Assembly (NCBI GenBank): GCA_041747555.1
Contig: JBGTEY010000014.1
Span: 20,919-84,918 of the forward strand
Length of the DNA stretch: 64,000 bases
Reading direction: 5' to 3'
From: Patescibacteria group bacterium
Lineage (GTDB): Bacteria > Patescibacteriota > Microgenomatia > UBA1400 > PJMF01
This document shows positions 47,955-58,045 of this stretch, one piece after another; the first letter of the stretch is position 1, and the number at the start of each line of letters is the position of its first letter. The translations under genes and the position numbers were made by a program. Under the pieces are notes generated by a model. It ran no database searches and had not been told where the DNA came from. It was given only the letters and a program-made list of their open reading frames with translations.

Positions 47955-48793
47955 TCCACCTCCCCCAACACCACTTTTGCGTGCTGAATCACAGAATCAT
48001 ATAACCGATAGCCGTCTTGAACAACTTTGATAACTATATCACCCGAACCATTTTTATCCACAGCTTCCATCGTTTCAATATCAAATTTCTTGCCAAGGAC
48101 GTCAATTTTTTGGAGTCCGTGATTTTCGAGCGCTTGCTTGAGTTGTTGGACCACCATGCTCAAACCAGTGTCGTCAATTTGCTTCGCTGCCAAATCGAGA
48201 AGACTGAGTGGTTGCAGCAGGTCTTCCACGACTTGTTGGGTTGCATACTTGGCGAGTTTGCCTCGTTCTTCTGCGGTTCGTCGTTGGAGATTGCGATAAT
48301 CTGCAAGTGCTCGTTGTTCCTTTTGGTGAGCCAAATTGAGTTTAGCTGCATCTGTTTTGGCTTCGATGAAGGCGTTGATGTCACGAAGTACGCCTGGGTC
48401 TTTCACGAGTTTCAAGGCTTTATCTAGAGTTACCCATTGATATTCCTGATGCTCATGACTTAACTTCACTTCCTGGTCAGGTGTTTGACACCAATACGTC
48501 AAGCCAATCACTTCATTTTCTGCACGCTTCTCACCTCTGTAAAAATGCCAACCAGTGAGTAATCTCACGAATTCAATATTCTTAATGCCCGTTTCTTCTC
48601 GAATTTCTCTCCTCAAACCAGCTTCAGGATCTTCACCCTGGTCAATTCGGCCGTAGCCAGTTTCCCAAATGCCTGGCTTATAGTTATCCTCAGAACGCTG
48701 CAAAAGTAATATCGTTTCAGTTTCTGGGTGCTCAAGAATTGCTCCCGCCGCAACCATAAAAGTGCCAATATCTGTAGGTGTATCAGATTTCAT
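47951..48793 (-). CDS. grpE: Nudix-domain / GrpE fusion protein (nucleotide exchange factor)
   Basis: N-terminal Nudix box GYGRIDQGEDPEAGLRREIREETGI. C-terminal GrpE features: helix ...ADYRNLQRRTAEER... plus a beta-domain ...VVQDGYRLYDSVIQHAKVVLG. One uninterrupted 280-codon frame. Confidence 0.7.
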   Translation of the reverse strand: MKSDTPTDIGTFMVAAGAILEHPETETILLLQRSEDNYKPGIWETGYGRIDQGEDPEAGLRREIREETGIKNIEFVRLLTGWHFYRGEKRAENEVIGLTYWCQTPDQEVKLSHEHQEYQWVTLDKALKLVKDPGVLRDINAFIEAKTDAAKLNLAHQKEQRALADYRNLQRRTAEERGKLAKYATQQVVEDLLQPLSLLDLAAKQIDDTGLSMVVQQLKQALENHGLQKIDVLGKKFDIETMEAVDKNGSGDIVIKVVQDGYRLYDSVIQHAKVVLGEVE

Positions 48794-48797
48794 GATG

Positions 48798-49520
48798 TTA
48801 TTCTACTATTTCTTGAATTAATGTTCTTAAATACCGCATCATCGGGAAAATGTAAGGATAATCAAAACGACTTGATCCCAGTACTCCCAGACGACACATT
48901 TGGCCATCTACTACGACACTCATATAAATCACACCAATCGGCTCTAAATATTTGTTCCCAAGTTCTGGACCGTATACCACTTGTACAATATTTTCACTAC
49001 TTCCGTAGGTAAAAATATCCTCAAGCAATGGTTGTTCCTCAATTAGTTGCAACACGTGTCGCATCACTTGAATATCATAAAATTCTGGCATTTGGAGCAA
49101 ATTTGCATACCCCGCATGAAAAATCTTGGTGTCATCGAGCATGCCAATGGCGAGCGCATGTGATTTGTCCGCAAGGACTTTGGTAATTTGATTGAGTAAA
49201 TCATCGAGCTCGTGACGACTTTGCCAGACTTTTTCTTTAGCAGAAACTTCATCGGCTACGGTCAAATCGCGTTCACGCATCAATTCGTTGACGTATAGTT
49301 TGAGCGCGCGCGGTGTGGGCAATCTACCCGCACTGCTGTGCGTTTTTGATAAATATCCTTGATTGGAAAGATACACCATTTCGTTGCGAATGGTGGCAGG
49401 TGAGACGCCGATGTTAAATTTTTTATCAATGGTATCTGAGCCTACTGGCTCTGCAGTCTCGATGAACTCGTCGATGATAGATCTAAGAATCTGAATTTGC
49501 CGAGCGGTAAGATCTATCAT
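48798..49520 (-). CDS. hrcA: heat-inducible transcription repressor HrcA
   Basis: N-terminal winged-helix region (...LTARQIQILRSIIDEFIETAEPVGSDTI...); operon position. Confidence 0.75.
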   Translation of the reverse strand: MIDLTARQIQILRSIIDEFIETAEPVGSDTIDKKFNIGVSPATIRNEMVYLSNQGYLSKTHSSAGRLPTPRALKLYVNELMRERDLTVADEVSAKEKVWQSRHELDDLLNQITKVLADKSHALAIGMLDDTKIFHAGYANLLQMPEFYDIQVMRHVLQLIEEQPLLEDIFTYGSSENIVQVVYGPELGNKYLEPIGVIYMSVVVDGQMCRLGVLGSSRFDYPYIFPMMRYLRTLIQEIVE

Positions 49521-49542
49521 AGATGTCCTGATATAGTATGTA

Positions 49543-49569
49543 TTAGCAATACTAATGGCTGTTTGCTAA
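49543..49569 (-). promoter_or_regulatory. CIRCE-like operator (TTAGCAATA-N9-GTTTGCTAA)
   Basis: Imperfect 9-bp inverted repeat with a 9-bp spacer, 23 bp upstream of the hrcA start; consensus is TTAGCACTC-N9-GAGTGCTAA. Confidence 0.55.
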
Positions 49570-49649
49570 ATTGTCAATGGAAGATGCGCCCTAACTGATG
49601 TATCACACTCCAGCTAGTCGCATTTTAAAAAAATTGTTAAAGTATATAA

Positions 49650-51083
49650 ATGGCCATTCACAATAAAAGCAAAAAATCAGCACCATATCGTAAAAAACGA
49701 TTGAAGATGATCTCAAGATTTGCGGTCATATTTTTTGTCTTGGTTATGGTTGTGGTTGGAGCTTGGCAACTCGATGCAGTTCGTGAATTTCTCTCCAGAG
49801 CCAGTGGAGAACCTGCCAATCTTATGATTAACACCCAAGCAGTCATCGGCCCCATGCCGCGTCCTTGGAGAAACCTTGCCCAAGGTGGTGAATCTCATGA
49901 GTGGCGAATTCAACCGATCAATGCCGAAGTTGCCGCACTCAATCCTGAATACATACGTATCGACCACATTTATGATTTTTATGACATTGTCCAGGGATCG
50001 CCGGGCAATATTACCTTTGATTTCTCTAAATTTGACGTCATTCTTGATGATATAGAAGCGACTGGAGCAAAACCATATATTGCACTGACGTACATGCCGC
50101 CCGCGATTGCCAAAGATGATATTGTTTCTGAGCCGGTCTCATATGATGACTGGCAGTTGGTGGTACAACGCACTATTGAGCATGTGAGCGGCACGCGTGG
50201 TACGAGAGATGTCTATTATGAGGTTTGGAATGAACCCGATTTATTTGGTGGGTGGAAATATTATGGATCAAAAAATTATCTGACGCTGTACACCTACGCC
50301 GCGCGTGGAGCTCAAAATGCACGAGGCACGCAGCCATTCAAAATTGGTGGACCCGGCATTACGGCACTCTACAAAAATTGGGTTGATGCTATGGCTCGAC
50401 ATAGTTTGCAGAATAACCTGCGACTCGATTTCATTTCTTGGCATCGCTACAACCACGATATTGAGCGTTTCCGACTCGATATGACCGAAGTCCAGTCTTG
50501 GCTCAGAGAATTTCCCCAAGTCGACGTCACTGCTGAGTTGCACATTACCGAATGGGGACACGACAGCGAAAATCACGATGGCTATGACACCAATTATGGT
50601 GCAGCACACACTGCAGCGGCGGCGATTGAGATGGTTGGGGTTGTCGAGCGCGCGTTTGTGTTTGAGATCCAAGATGGCAAAGATCCTGCAGGAAAAAATC
50701 TATGGGGTCGATGGGGATTACTCAGTCATAATGATGCGGGTGCAGTCAAAAAACCTCGATACAACGCACTCATTATGCTCGATGGTATTGGAGATCAACG
50801 GTTGCAAATTTTAGGAAAAGGAACTTGGGTAAAAGCGCTCGCCGCAAGAAATGACGAGGGAAATACAGAAGTGGTGCTCTCAAATTTTGATCGAAATGGC
50901 AGAAATAGCGAAAACGTGCCCGTCACAATTACAAATATTGTTCCAGGAGAATATGTAGTGACCAAAGAATTCCTCGATGGCAGACGCCAGAGTGAGCGGA
51001 TCGCCACCACCGAAGCTGCTCTGCGCGCAGACATCCTAATGACACCCAATATGGTTGGGAAGATTACGTTTGATTTGCAGTAG
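49650..51083 (+). CDS. glycoside hydrolase (clan GH-A, GH39/GH5-like) with N-terminal TM anchor
   Basis: YYEVWNEPDL catalytic acid/base motif and a later ITEWG nucleophile-like motif; TM helix after the basic N-terminus. Confidence 0.55.
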   Translation: MAIHNKSKKSAPYRKKRLKMISRFAVIFFVLVMVVVGAWQLDAVREFLSRASGEPANLMINTQAVIGPMPRPWRNLAQGGESHEWRIQPINAEVAALNPEYIRIDHIYDFYDIVQGSPGNITFDFSKFDVILDDIEATGAKPYIALTYMPPAIAKDDIVSEPVSYDDWQLVVQRTIEHVSGTRGTRDVYYEVWNEPDLFGGWKYYGSKNYLTLYTYAARGAQNARGTQPFKIGGPGITALYKNWVDAMARHSLQNNLRLDFISWHRYNHDIERFRLDMTEVQSWLREFPQVDVTAELHITEWGHDSENHDGYDTNYGAAHTAAAAIEMVGVVERAFVFEIQDGKDPAGKNLWGRWGLLSHNDAGAVKKPRYNALIMLDGIGDQRLQILGKGTWVKALAARNDEGNTEVVLSNFDRNGRNSENVPVTITNIVPGEYVVTKEFLDGRRQSERIATTEAALRADILMTPNMVGKITFDLQ

Positions 51084-52254
51084 TCGACTTTTTTACAACG
51101 TCTCCCAATGCTTTCTGAAAATTTTGAACTGAAAATTTTTCTGCGAACGCTCTTATTTTAGTTGCAGAAAACACCTTCTTTTTATGTTTTTTCTCAAAAT
51201 TCTTTATTGCATTACTGAGACTCTCTTCGCCGATCTCTTCAAATAACACCCCCGTCTCATCTGGAATTACTGTTTCTAAAGGCCCTCCAGACGCATGCGC
51301 AATCACCGGCACGCCATATCCCATTGCCTCCACCGGCACCATCCCAAAATCTTCATCTTCTGCGGGGAAAAGGAGCGCGCGGGCACCTGCGTACCATCTT
51401 TGGAGTTCTTCATCGGGTATTTCACCGGTAAATTGGATAGTTGGACCTGCGAGGGACCGCAGGTACTCTGTATTTTTACCTGCACCTACCACAACCAGAC
51501 TCCTTCCCAATGCGGTACAAACTTTAATTGATAAATCAACGTGCTTACTCTGTGTTAATCTACCCACAGAAAGATAATAGTCGTGTTGCGGAGGGTTCGA
51601 GCGGGCTTTTTTAATCTCACTATCAGTTGGAAGTATGATTGGCGGATACACAACTTGCGATTCTCTTCTGTAAAATTTCTTGATTCTTCGGGCAGTTTCT
51701 TTTGAGTTTGCAAGGAAAGTGTCGACTTCTTGGGCGATCTCAAAATCAGTCATTCGTAAGAAATGGTTCATGATCTGGCCGACAAATCGAGTGATTGGAT
51801 TGGCTTTCCAGTTTGACATCGTGGTGTAACCGTAGAGGGATCTCGGTGGTGTGTGGCAGTAGCAAATGTGCTTGCCATTCGGAACAACGACTGCCTTGGC
51901 ATAGTACGCGTTACTTGAGGAAATCACCACATCGTACTCAGATAAATCGAGAGATTTAAATGCGCTCGGCGCAAAGATTCGATAGGGTGAAAAAAGTTTT
52001 TTGTAGAAAGGCAAACGAGAAATCCAAGTTTCTCTGATGTCCCAGTCTTTCATTTTTGGTGCATGCACCCCCAGCACATCCCAATCAACAAATGAAACAT
52101 AGACAGGTGCGTCGGGGAATATATCGTGAATGCTCTCCACCACTCGTTCCGCACCACCGTATTCGCGCAAGTAGTCGTGCACGATAGCAATTTTGGGTGT
52201 GCGACTTGGCCTAGAGGGTGACTTTTTTGATGTAATGGGATTGGTAGCGTACAT
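51064..52254 (-). CDS. GT4-family glycosyltransferase
   Basis: EDFGMVPVEAMGYGVPVIA (E-x7-E) motif. Confidence 0.75.
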   Translation of the reverse strand: MYATNPITSKKSPSRPSRTPKIAIVHDYLREYGGAERVVESIHDIFPDAPVYVSFVDWDVLGVHAPKMKDWDIRETWISRLPFYKKLFSPYRIFAPSAFKSLDLSEYDVVISSSNAYYAKAVVVPNGKHICYCHTPPRSLYGYTTMSNWKANPITRFVGQIMNHFLRMTDFEIAQEVDTFLANSKETARRIKKFYRRESQVVYPPIILPTDSEIKKARSNPPQHDYYLSVGRLTQSKHVDLSIKVCTALGRSLVVVGAGKNTEYLRSLAGPTIQFTGEIPDEELQRWYAGARALLFPAEDEDFGMVPVEAMGYGVPVIAHASGGPLETVIPDETGVLFEEIGEESLSNAIKNFEKKHKKKVFSATKIRAFAEKFSVQNFQKALGDVVKKSTTANQT

Positions 52255-52272
52255 AGGTATTGATTTTTGCTA

Positions 52273-53253
52273 TTAAAATAAAGCTTGTTGGACTTCTAAT
52301 TCAAATGCGTCTTTGGGCAGTAACGGCAACACTGATTTGAAATTCAGCCTGGTGAAGAGATCTACCGCTTTGGTTTTATCATACGAGCTCAATATGCATT
52401 TTTCTATATCAAAAGGTACAGCAACCGATCGATCTATAGTAACAAGTTCTTGGCTGAGATATGCCATCTCTTTGTCAGAACTAAGTTTTTTGAGGACCGC
52501 CCCTTTGAGAAGAGGATGCTCTGCTGTTGGGCCAGTGTTTTCGACTGCAGAAACGGCTTCATACAATGCGTCGAGTGTTTGATATTGATCAAGAAGTGCA
52601 ACTGCTGTTTTGACACCCACACCTTTTACTCCAGGAATATTGTCTGAAGGGTCTCCCATAAGTGCCTTGAGGTCAATGATTTGATTTGCCCGAACCTTCA
52701 TTTTTCTTTCCACCCCTGCTTCGTCATACTCGATTAGTCCTTGTTGATTTTTACCTCTGGCTGGAATGAGCACATGGGTGTATTCATCCACTAATTGAAA
52801 TAGATCTTTATCTCCCGTCACAATTGATGTTAAAAATTGCTGGCCAGGTCCTCCTGTTTCTACTGCCCTGACTTCATCAGACAGCTGAGTGCTGATGGTG
52901 CCGATTAAATCGTCGGCCTCATATCCTGCCTCTATAAATTGAGGAATGTTGAGCACGCTGACGACTTCTTTAATAATCTCAATTTGTGGCTTGAGATCAT
53001 CGGGCATTTCTGGACGGTGGGCTTTGTATTCGATGTAAGTTTCGGCGCGTTTGGTTTTTGCTTTGTGGTCAAACGTTACTGCTAAATGTTTGGGGGCGAG
53101 GTCACGGATCGTGGTTAGTAGAATTCTGCTAAATCCAAAGACCGCATTAACCATTCTTCCCTCTGGATCAGAAAGCGGTGGAAAGGCGTGATAGGCGCGG
53201 TAAATGAGTGCGTGTCCGTCAAACAGTACAAAGCGCTCGCGTTCTTGCATCAT
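52273..53253 (-). CDS. stand-alone 5'-3' exonuclease / flap endonuclease (Pol I N-terminal domain homolog)
   Basis: FVLFDGHALIYRAYHA start; acidic-residue clusters; helix-hairpin-helix GVKGVGVKTA. Confidence 0.8.
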   Translation of the reverse strand: MMQERERFVLFDGHALIYRAYHAFPPLSDPEGRMVNAVFGFSRILLTTIRDLAPKHLAVTFDHKAKTKRAETYIEYKAHRPEMPDDLKPQIEIIKEVVSVLNIPQFIEAGYEADDLIGTISTQLSDEVRAVETGGPGQQFLTSIVTGDKDLFQLVDEYTHVLIPARGKNQQGLIEYDEAGVERKMKVRANQIIDLKALMGDPSDNIPGVKGVGVKTAVALLDQYQTLDALYEAVSAVENTGPTAEHPLLKGAVLKKLSSDKEMAYLSQELVTIDRSVAVPFDIEKCILSSYDKTKAVDLFTRLNFKSVLPLLPKDAFELEVQQALF

Positions 53254-53268
53254 GTATCAGTTGTACCA

Positions 53269-55206
53269 TTATCTGGCTGGTTTTGCTTTTGGAATCCCCA
53301 TGAGTTTGGAAAAATCATCAGCATCGAGGCTTTCCACATCAATCAATTTAACTGAAACTGACTCGAGGGTAGTCTTGTATTTCTTAAGAAGTTTAATGGC
53401 ATTATCTTGACACAGTTCTATGATTTCTCGCGTTGCTGCGTCGATCTTTTCTTGCATGGAGTCAGAAACCTTGATTGCTTCGCCCCAAGCTTGACCATAT
53501 TCGCTCGATTCATACATAGGATCAAAATTCATGGGACCAAGTTCGCTCATCCCGTACTCCATGACCATGGCTCTGGCGATGCGGGTTGCTTGCTTGATGT
53601 CATTGCTGGCACCTGCAGTTTGCTCGTTGAAAACCAGGAGCTCTGCAGCTCTGCCACCCATCATGACGGTTATGCGGTCGAGGAGTTCTGATTTTGTAGT
53701 CTGTAGTTTGTCTCTTTCTGGAGGAGTCAGGGTGAAACCAAGTGCTCTACCTCTAGAAACGATTGAAATTCTGTGGACTGGATCTGCGTGGGGAAGGACG
53801 TGGGCAATTATTGCGTGGCCTGCCTCGTGATACGCGGTCATTTCTTTTTCTAAATCATCTTGAAGTCGTTTCTTGCTTGGACCAAGCTTAACCTTGAGAG
53901 ACGCTTCTTCGATGTCAGCCATGGTTATCTTTTTGCGCGCTTCGCGCGCAACCGCAATCGCCGCCTCATTCAACATATTCTCAATATCAGCACCAGAAAA
54001 TCCAACCGTTCTCTTGGCTACTTTTTCCCATTCCACAGCCTTGGTAAACGGTTTATTTTTGGCATGAATAGAAAGAATATATTTCCGCTCTTCTAAATCG
54101 GGCAATTGCACCACCACGCGTCGATCAAACCGCCCCGGTCGAACCAGCGCTGTATCAAGCATATCGCCTCTATTAGTCGCCGCCATCACGATTACATTGT
54201 CGTTTGCCTCAAATCCATCCATTTCAACCAAAATCTGATTGAGTGTTTGCTCGCGCTCATCATGTCCACCCATATTTCCCATACCGCGACTTCTGCCAAT
54301 GGCGTCAATTTCGTCGATAAAAATAATGGAAGGTGATAGTTTTTTAGCAGTGGTAAAGAGATCGCGCACACGCGAGGCACCCACACCAACTAACATTTCC
54401 ATAAACTCACTACCTGCAATTGATAAGAACTGGACACCAGCTTCGCCTGCAACTGCACGAGCAAGTAATGTCTTACCGGTACCAGCAGGACCAACTAACA
54501 GTACGCCTTTAGGGGTTCTCGCGCCGACTTTAGTATATTTCTTAGGGTGTTTCAAAAAATCAACAATTTCCTCAAGTTCTTTCTTGGCCTCATCCATACC
54601 GCCAACATCGTCAAATGTGGTGGACTGCTTGCCTTTGATAAAAACCTTGGCCTTGCTACGTCCAATGCCCATAATTCCATCTTGCCCACCTTTGGCTTGT
54701 CGGAAAATATACACAAAAAACAAAACCATCAGCAGTATAGGGAGAAAATTAATTACTACCTCCCAGAACAATCGTCCCGAAGACAAATTCTCAACTTCAA
54801 CGTTCACTTGATTTAAATCAATCCCTGCACTCTCAAGCACACTGACAGCTGACGATGATTCCTCGTTCTGAGCCATCCTGACACTACCGTCGTCATACAT
54901 GATTTTTAACTCTGAACCAGAAACTTCAATTTTCTCAACGCGATCCTCACGCACATCCGCCACGAGCTGACTCAAGGAAATCTTTTCTACAGATTCACCA
55001 GAAAAGGTAGATATCAGAAACGGAAGAAATAACATCGCCATAAAAAGATACAATAAACCGCGATTTATCCATTGTTTTTTGTTCATAGGAACTTGAAAAA
55101 AACTAGGGGATTTTTGCTGCTTCTTTTGACTTGAAATGTCTTTCGGTGATTTTGACGGAGTAGTATCTTCGGCCATATGTCTTTCTCTGAGGAGGTATTG
55201 TACCAT
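53269..55206 (-). CDS. ftsH: ATP-dependent zinc metalloprotease FtsH
   Basis: [13 protein letters not shown] Walker A, SRH region, HEAGHAI zinc site. Confidence 0.9.
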   Translation of the reverse strand: MVQYLLRERHMAEDTTPSKSPKDISSQKKQQKSPSFFQVPMNKKQWINRGLLYLFMAMLFLPFLISTFSGESVEKISLSQLVADVREDRVEKIEVSGSELKIMYDDGSVRMAQNEESSSAVSVLESAGIDLNQVNVEVENLSSGRLFWEVVINFLPILLMVLFFVYIFRQAKGGQDGIMGIGRSKAKVFIKGKQSTTFDDVGGMDEAKKELEEIVDFLKHPKKYTKVGARTPKGVLLVGPAGTGKTLLARAVAGEAGVQFLSIAGSEFMEMLVGVGASRVRDLFTTAKKLSPSIIFIDEIDAIGRSRGMGNMGGHDEREQTLNQILVEMDGFEANDNVIVMAATNRGDMLDTALVRPGRFDRRVVVQLPDLEERKYILSIHAKNKPFTKAVEWEKVAKRTVGFSGADIENMLNEAAIAVAREARKKITMADIEEASLKVKLGPSKKRLQDDLEKEMTAYHEAGHAIIAHVLPHADPVHRISIVSRGRALGFTLTPPERDKLQTTKSELLDRITVMMGGRAAELLVFNEQTAGASNDIKQATRIARAMVMEYGMSELGPMNFDPMYESSEYGQAWGEAIKVSDSMQEKIDAATREIIELCQDNAIKLLKKYKTTLESVSVKLIDVESLDADDFSKLMGIPKAKPAR

Positions 55207-55215
55207 GGGAGCGCT

Positions 55216-55578
55216 CTAGAGCAATGAACTGCCCGGAGCTACTTCTACATCAGGGTGAAGGAGTACGGCCTTGTCGTCATTGGCAGCAATTAACATGCCT
55301 TGACTCTCGATACCGCGCAATGTTTTTGGTGCTAAATTTGCGAGATAAATTACTTGTTTGCCAACCAGTTGTTGTGGTGAATACCAGGGCTTGATTCCAG
55401 AGGCGATAACGCGCTCACCGAGTTCACCGACATTGAGGGTGATTTTATATAATTTGTCAGCCTCAGCCACCTCATCAACAGCAATCACGGTTGCAATTCT
55501 CATATCGAGGGCTGCGAATTGTTCATAGGTGATGATTGGTTTTTGGGTTGCTTGTGCAGTTGATGACTGATCTATCAT
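55216..55578 (-). CDS. tRNA-binding domain protein (CsaA / Trbp111-like)
   Basis: LDMRIATVIAV...GIKPWYSPQQLVGKQVIYLANLAP pattern of the OB-fold tRNA-binding domain. Confidence 0.7.
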   Translation of the reverse strand: MIDQSSTAQATQKPIITYEQFAALDMRIATVIAVDEVAEADKLYKITLNVGELGERVIASGIKPWYSPQQLVGKQVIYLANLAPKTLRGIESQGMLIAANDDKAVLLHPDVEVAPGSSLL

Positions 55579-55653
55579 TTATTCCTCTTTTTGAAAAATC
55601 AAATTTGTGTAATTTCTACTTATTCTTTTATTATAAAATGCAGTTCTTACATG

Positions 55654-56658
55654 TTACCGTTTTGATCCCAATCCCATGGCTGCTTTTGTTTCTTCTACAG
55701 TTTGAGATGCGATTTCTCGTGCCTTTTTTGCGCCTGATTCAATGACGTCGTCTACATACTGCTCATCGTTTTCGAGTGCGTGCCGACGCTCTTGAATTGG
55801 AGCGAGCTCGCCTGCTATTGCTTGGGCCAAAGCTGATTTAAGGTCGCCGTATCTGATTCCTGAGCTTGTGTAGGCGTGGACGTACTCATTTCGAGACTCA
55901 GCTCCCATAAATAACTCAACCATTTTGAGTAAATTTGCCACACCACCAGTAGTTGGCACAACACTGCCTGTTCCACCGTCCGTCGGTGCTGCCTTGAGAC
56001 GATTGAGGATTGTCTCGTAATCATCTGCGAGCGTGATGTAGCTCCCTTCAACGGATTTGCTCATTTTGCCCTGACCAGAAAGCGACGGAACATATTCACC
56101 CTTAGTCGCAAACCGCTTGGGTTCCGGGAAATCGAGTCCATACGTGTCGTTCATTTTTCTGGCAATTTCACGCGAAACTTCAATATGCGGCTCTTGATCA
56201 ATCCCCACCGGCACCGAATCAGCCTTGTACACCAGGATATCTGAAGACATGAGGATCGGATAATTCAATAATGCCATCGTGGCAGAGTCAGGGTATTGTT
56301 TAACTTTCTCTTTAAATGTCGGTAAATGCTGCATTCGAGCAATTGTCATCACCGAGGAGAACAAAAATGCCATTTCCACATGCTCAGGCACCATGGATTG
56401 CTGAAAAATCACACTTTTTTCTGGATCTAGACCACAGGCCAGATAGTCAAGAATAACAGCTCGTCGATGTACTCTGAGTTCTTCAATATCATACGGCGTG
56501 GTAATGGCGTGCATGTCTGCAACCATATAAAGGGTGTTGTATTCTGGGTTTTCTTGGAGTTCCAGCATGCCTTTGACCGCACCCAAGTAATTACCAAGGT
56601 GTAATCTGCCGGTTGCACGGATGCCAGAAAGGACGGTATGTGTTGCCATACACGCCAT
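55654..56658 (-). CDS. trpS: tryptophan--tRNA ligase
   Basis: HLGNYLG (HIGH-class) and KMSKS motifs. Confidence 0.9.
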   Translation of the reverse strand: MACMATHTVLSGIRATGRLHLGNYLGAVKGMLELQENPEYNTLYMVADMHAITTPYDIEELRVHRRAVILDYLACGLDPEKSVIFQQSMVPEHVEMAFLFSSVMTIARMQHLPTFKEKVKQYPDSATMALLNYPILMSSDILVYKADSVPVGIDQEPHIEVSREIARKMNDTYGLDFPEPKRFATKGEYVPSLSGQGKMSKSVEGSYITLADDYETILNRLKAAPTDGGTGSVVPTTGGVANLLKMVELFMGAESRNEYVHAYTSSGIRYGDLKSALAQAIAGELAPIQERRHALENDEQYVDDVIESGAKKAREIASQTVEETKAAMGLGSKR

Positions 56659-56678
56659 TGTACCAGATGAAACGTGAG

Positions 56679-57545
56679 TTAGAGCTCTTCGATTTGGATG
56701 TTGGGACTCATGTCAGGCGCGTCGACCAATTTGAGATATTTCTCTGTTGTGGTGATGCGTTTGTGACCAACTAACTGTGAGACGTACACGAGAGGTGTGC
56801 CTGCTCTGAGTTGTTCGACAATAAAAGTATGTCTGAGGTCATTGACCTTAGCATCTTTGATGCCGGCAAGTCTAAAGTAACGGTCAATCGCAGTTCTGAT
56901 GTTTCGAACCAAGAATGGTCTGCACGTTTTGGTCAAAAAGACCGTCTTTTCACGCGCTCTTGGACGTACTTTGAGGTAATCCATGATTGCTTTCTTGGCT
57001 GCTGAATTGAGAGGGACTTTTCGTGCTGGTCTGGAGTTTTGTGCCTGGATCATGATCACATTTCGATCATAATCGACATCGCTGACCTTGAGGTTGGCGA
57101 GCTCTGAGATTCTCATTCCTGTCTGGAGTAAGAGTTCAACAATTGCTGACATTCGAGCATCACCCCTACAAGCGTCTCTGAGCGCGCGGTATTCAACGCG
57201 GCTCAATACTCGAGGAGGAGATTGTTCATATTTTGGATGTGAAACAGCTTCTGCCGGGTTATCTGAAATGGTGCCTTCTGCAATCAAGTATCTGAAAAAT
57301 GATTTAATTGAATTAATTTTTCTTGAGATGGATTTGCCGGTGTAGCGTTGTTTTTTGAGAAGTGCTTTGAAATCTTCAATATCTTCTGCCACGACCTCAT
57401 CAACCATGGATTTGCCGCTTTTTCCTACAAATTCCACGAGTTGCTCGACGTCCTTGCTGTATGCAATAACAGTAGCGTCGGCTTTGCCGGTAGATTTAAG
57501 ATGCTCGGTGTAAAGTGCCTGGGCATCAAGTAATGTTTGACTCAT
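56679..57545 (-). CDS. tyrosine site-specific recombinase (XerC/XerD family)
   Basis: C-terminal R...HxxR...Y catalytic pattern (DLRHTFIVEQL ... LVGHKRITTTEKY). Confidence 0.8.
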   Translation of the reverse strand: MSQTLLDAQALYTEHLKSTGKADATVIAYSKDVEQLVEFVGKSGKSMVDEVVAEDIEDFKALLKKQRYTGKSISRKINSIKSFFRYLIAEGTISDNPAEAVSHPKYEQSPPRVLSRVEYRALRDACRGDARMSAIVELLLQTGMRISELANLKVSDVDYDRNVIMIQAQNSRPARKVPLNSAAKKAIMDYLKVRPRAREKTVFLTKTCRPFLVRNIRTAIDRYFRLAGIKDAKVNDLRHTFIVEQLRAGTPLVYVSQLVGHKRITTTEKYLKLVDAPDMSPNIQIEEL

Positions 57546-57667
57546 CGATTCTTTCTAAGCGTGCTACCATAGATATACTATGAGTAATACGCAGAGTATT
57601 TTTAATATCTGGTTGCAGGCTCGAATGATTACAGATCTTATAATATCACTAGACAGGATTATTTTCA

Positions 57668-58018
57668 ATGGGTAAACTGCTCAATCACCCCATTATAATA
57701 CTCGTTATTACGGGTTTTTCAATACTAGTTATAGTTTCGTTATTCAGGACGGCAAAAAAAAGTGATGAAACTGCTGAAGCAATTGTGACAATAGAAGAAT
57801 CAATTGCAGTTGCTCGTCAAAAAAATGAACTCCTTGCAGAAGAAGTAGCACTTTCTCAATCAGAATTTAGTCAGGATAAAATCATTCGTAATGAGCTGCT
57901 CCAGAAGAAGCCCGGAGAGTACATTGTTCACCTCCCAGACCCTCCACCTGAACCGCCAAAAAAGCCCGCTGAGGAGACACAAACACCCCTTGAGACATGG
58001 GTTGAATTACTTTTCTAA
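57668..58018 (+). CDS. FtsB/DivIC-like septum-formation-initiator-type protein (TM plus coiled coil)
   Basis: Single TM helix followed by a heptad-repeat coiled coil and a Pro-rich tail. Confidence 0.4.
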   Translation: MGKLLNHPIIILVITGFSILVIVSLFRTAKKSDETAEAIVTIEESIAVARQKNELLAEEVALSQSEFSQDKIIRNELLQKKPGEYIVHLPDPPPEPPKKPAEETQTPLETWVELLF

Positions 58019-58045
58019 ATAACTTTTAGATAATTTATTATAGGT

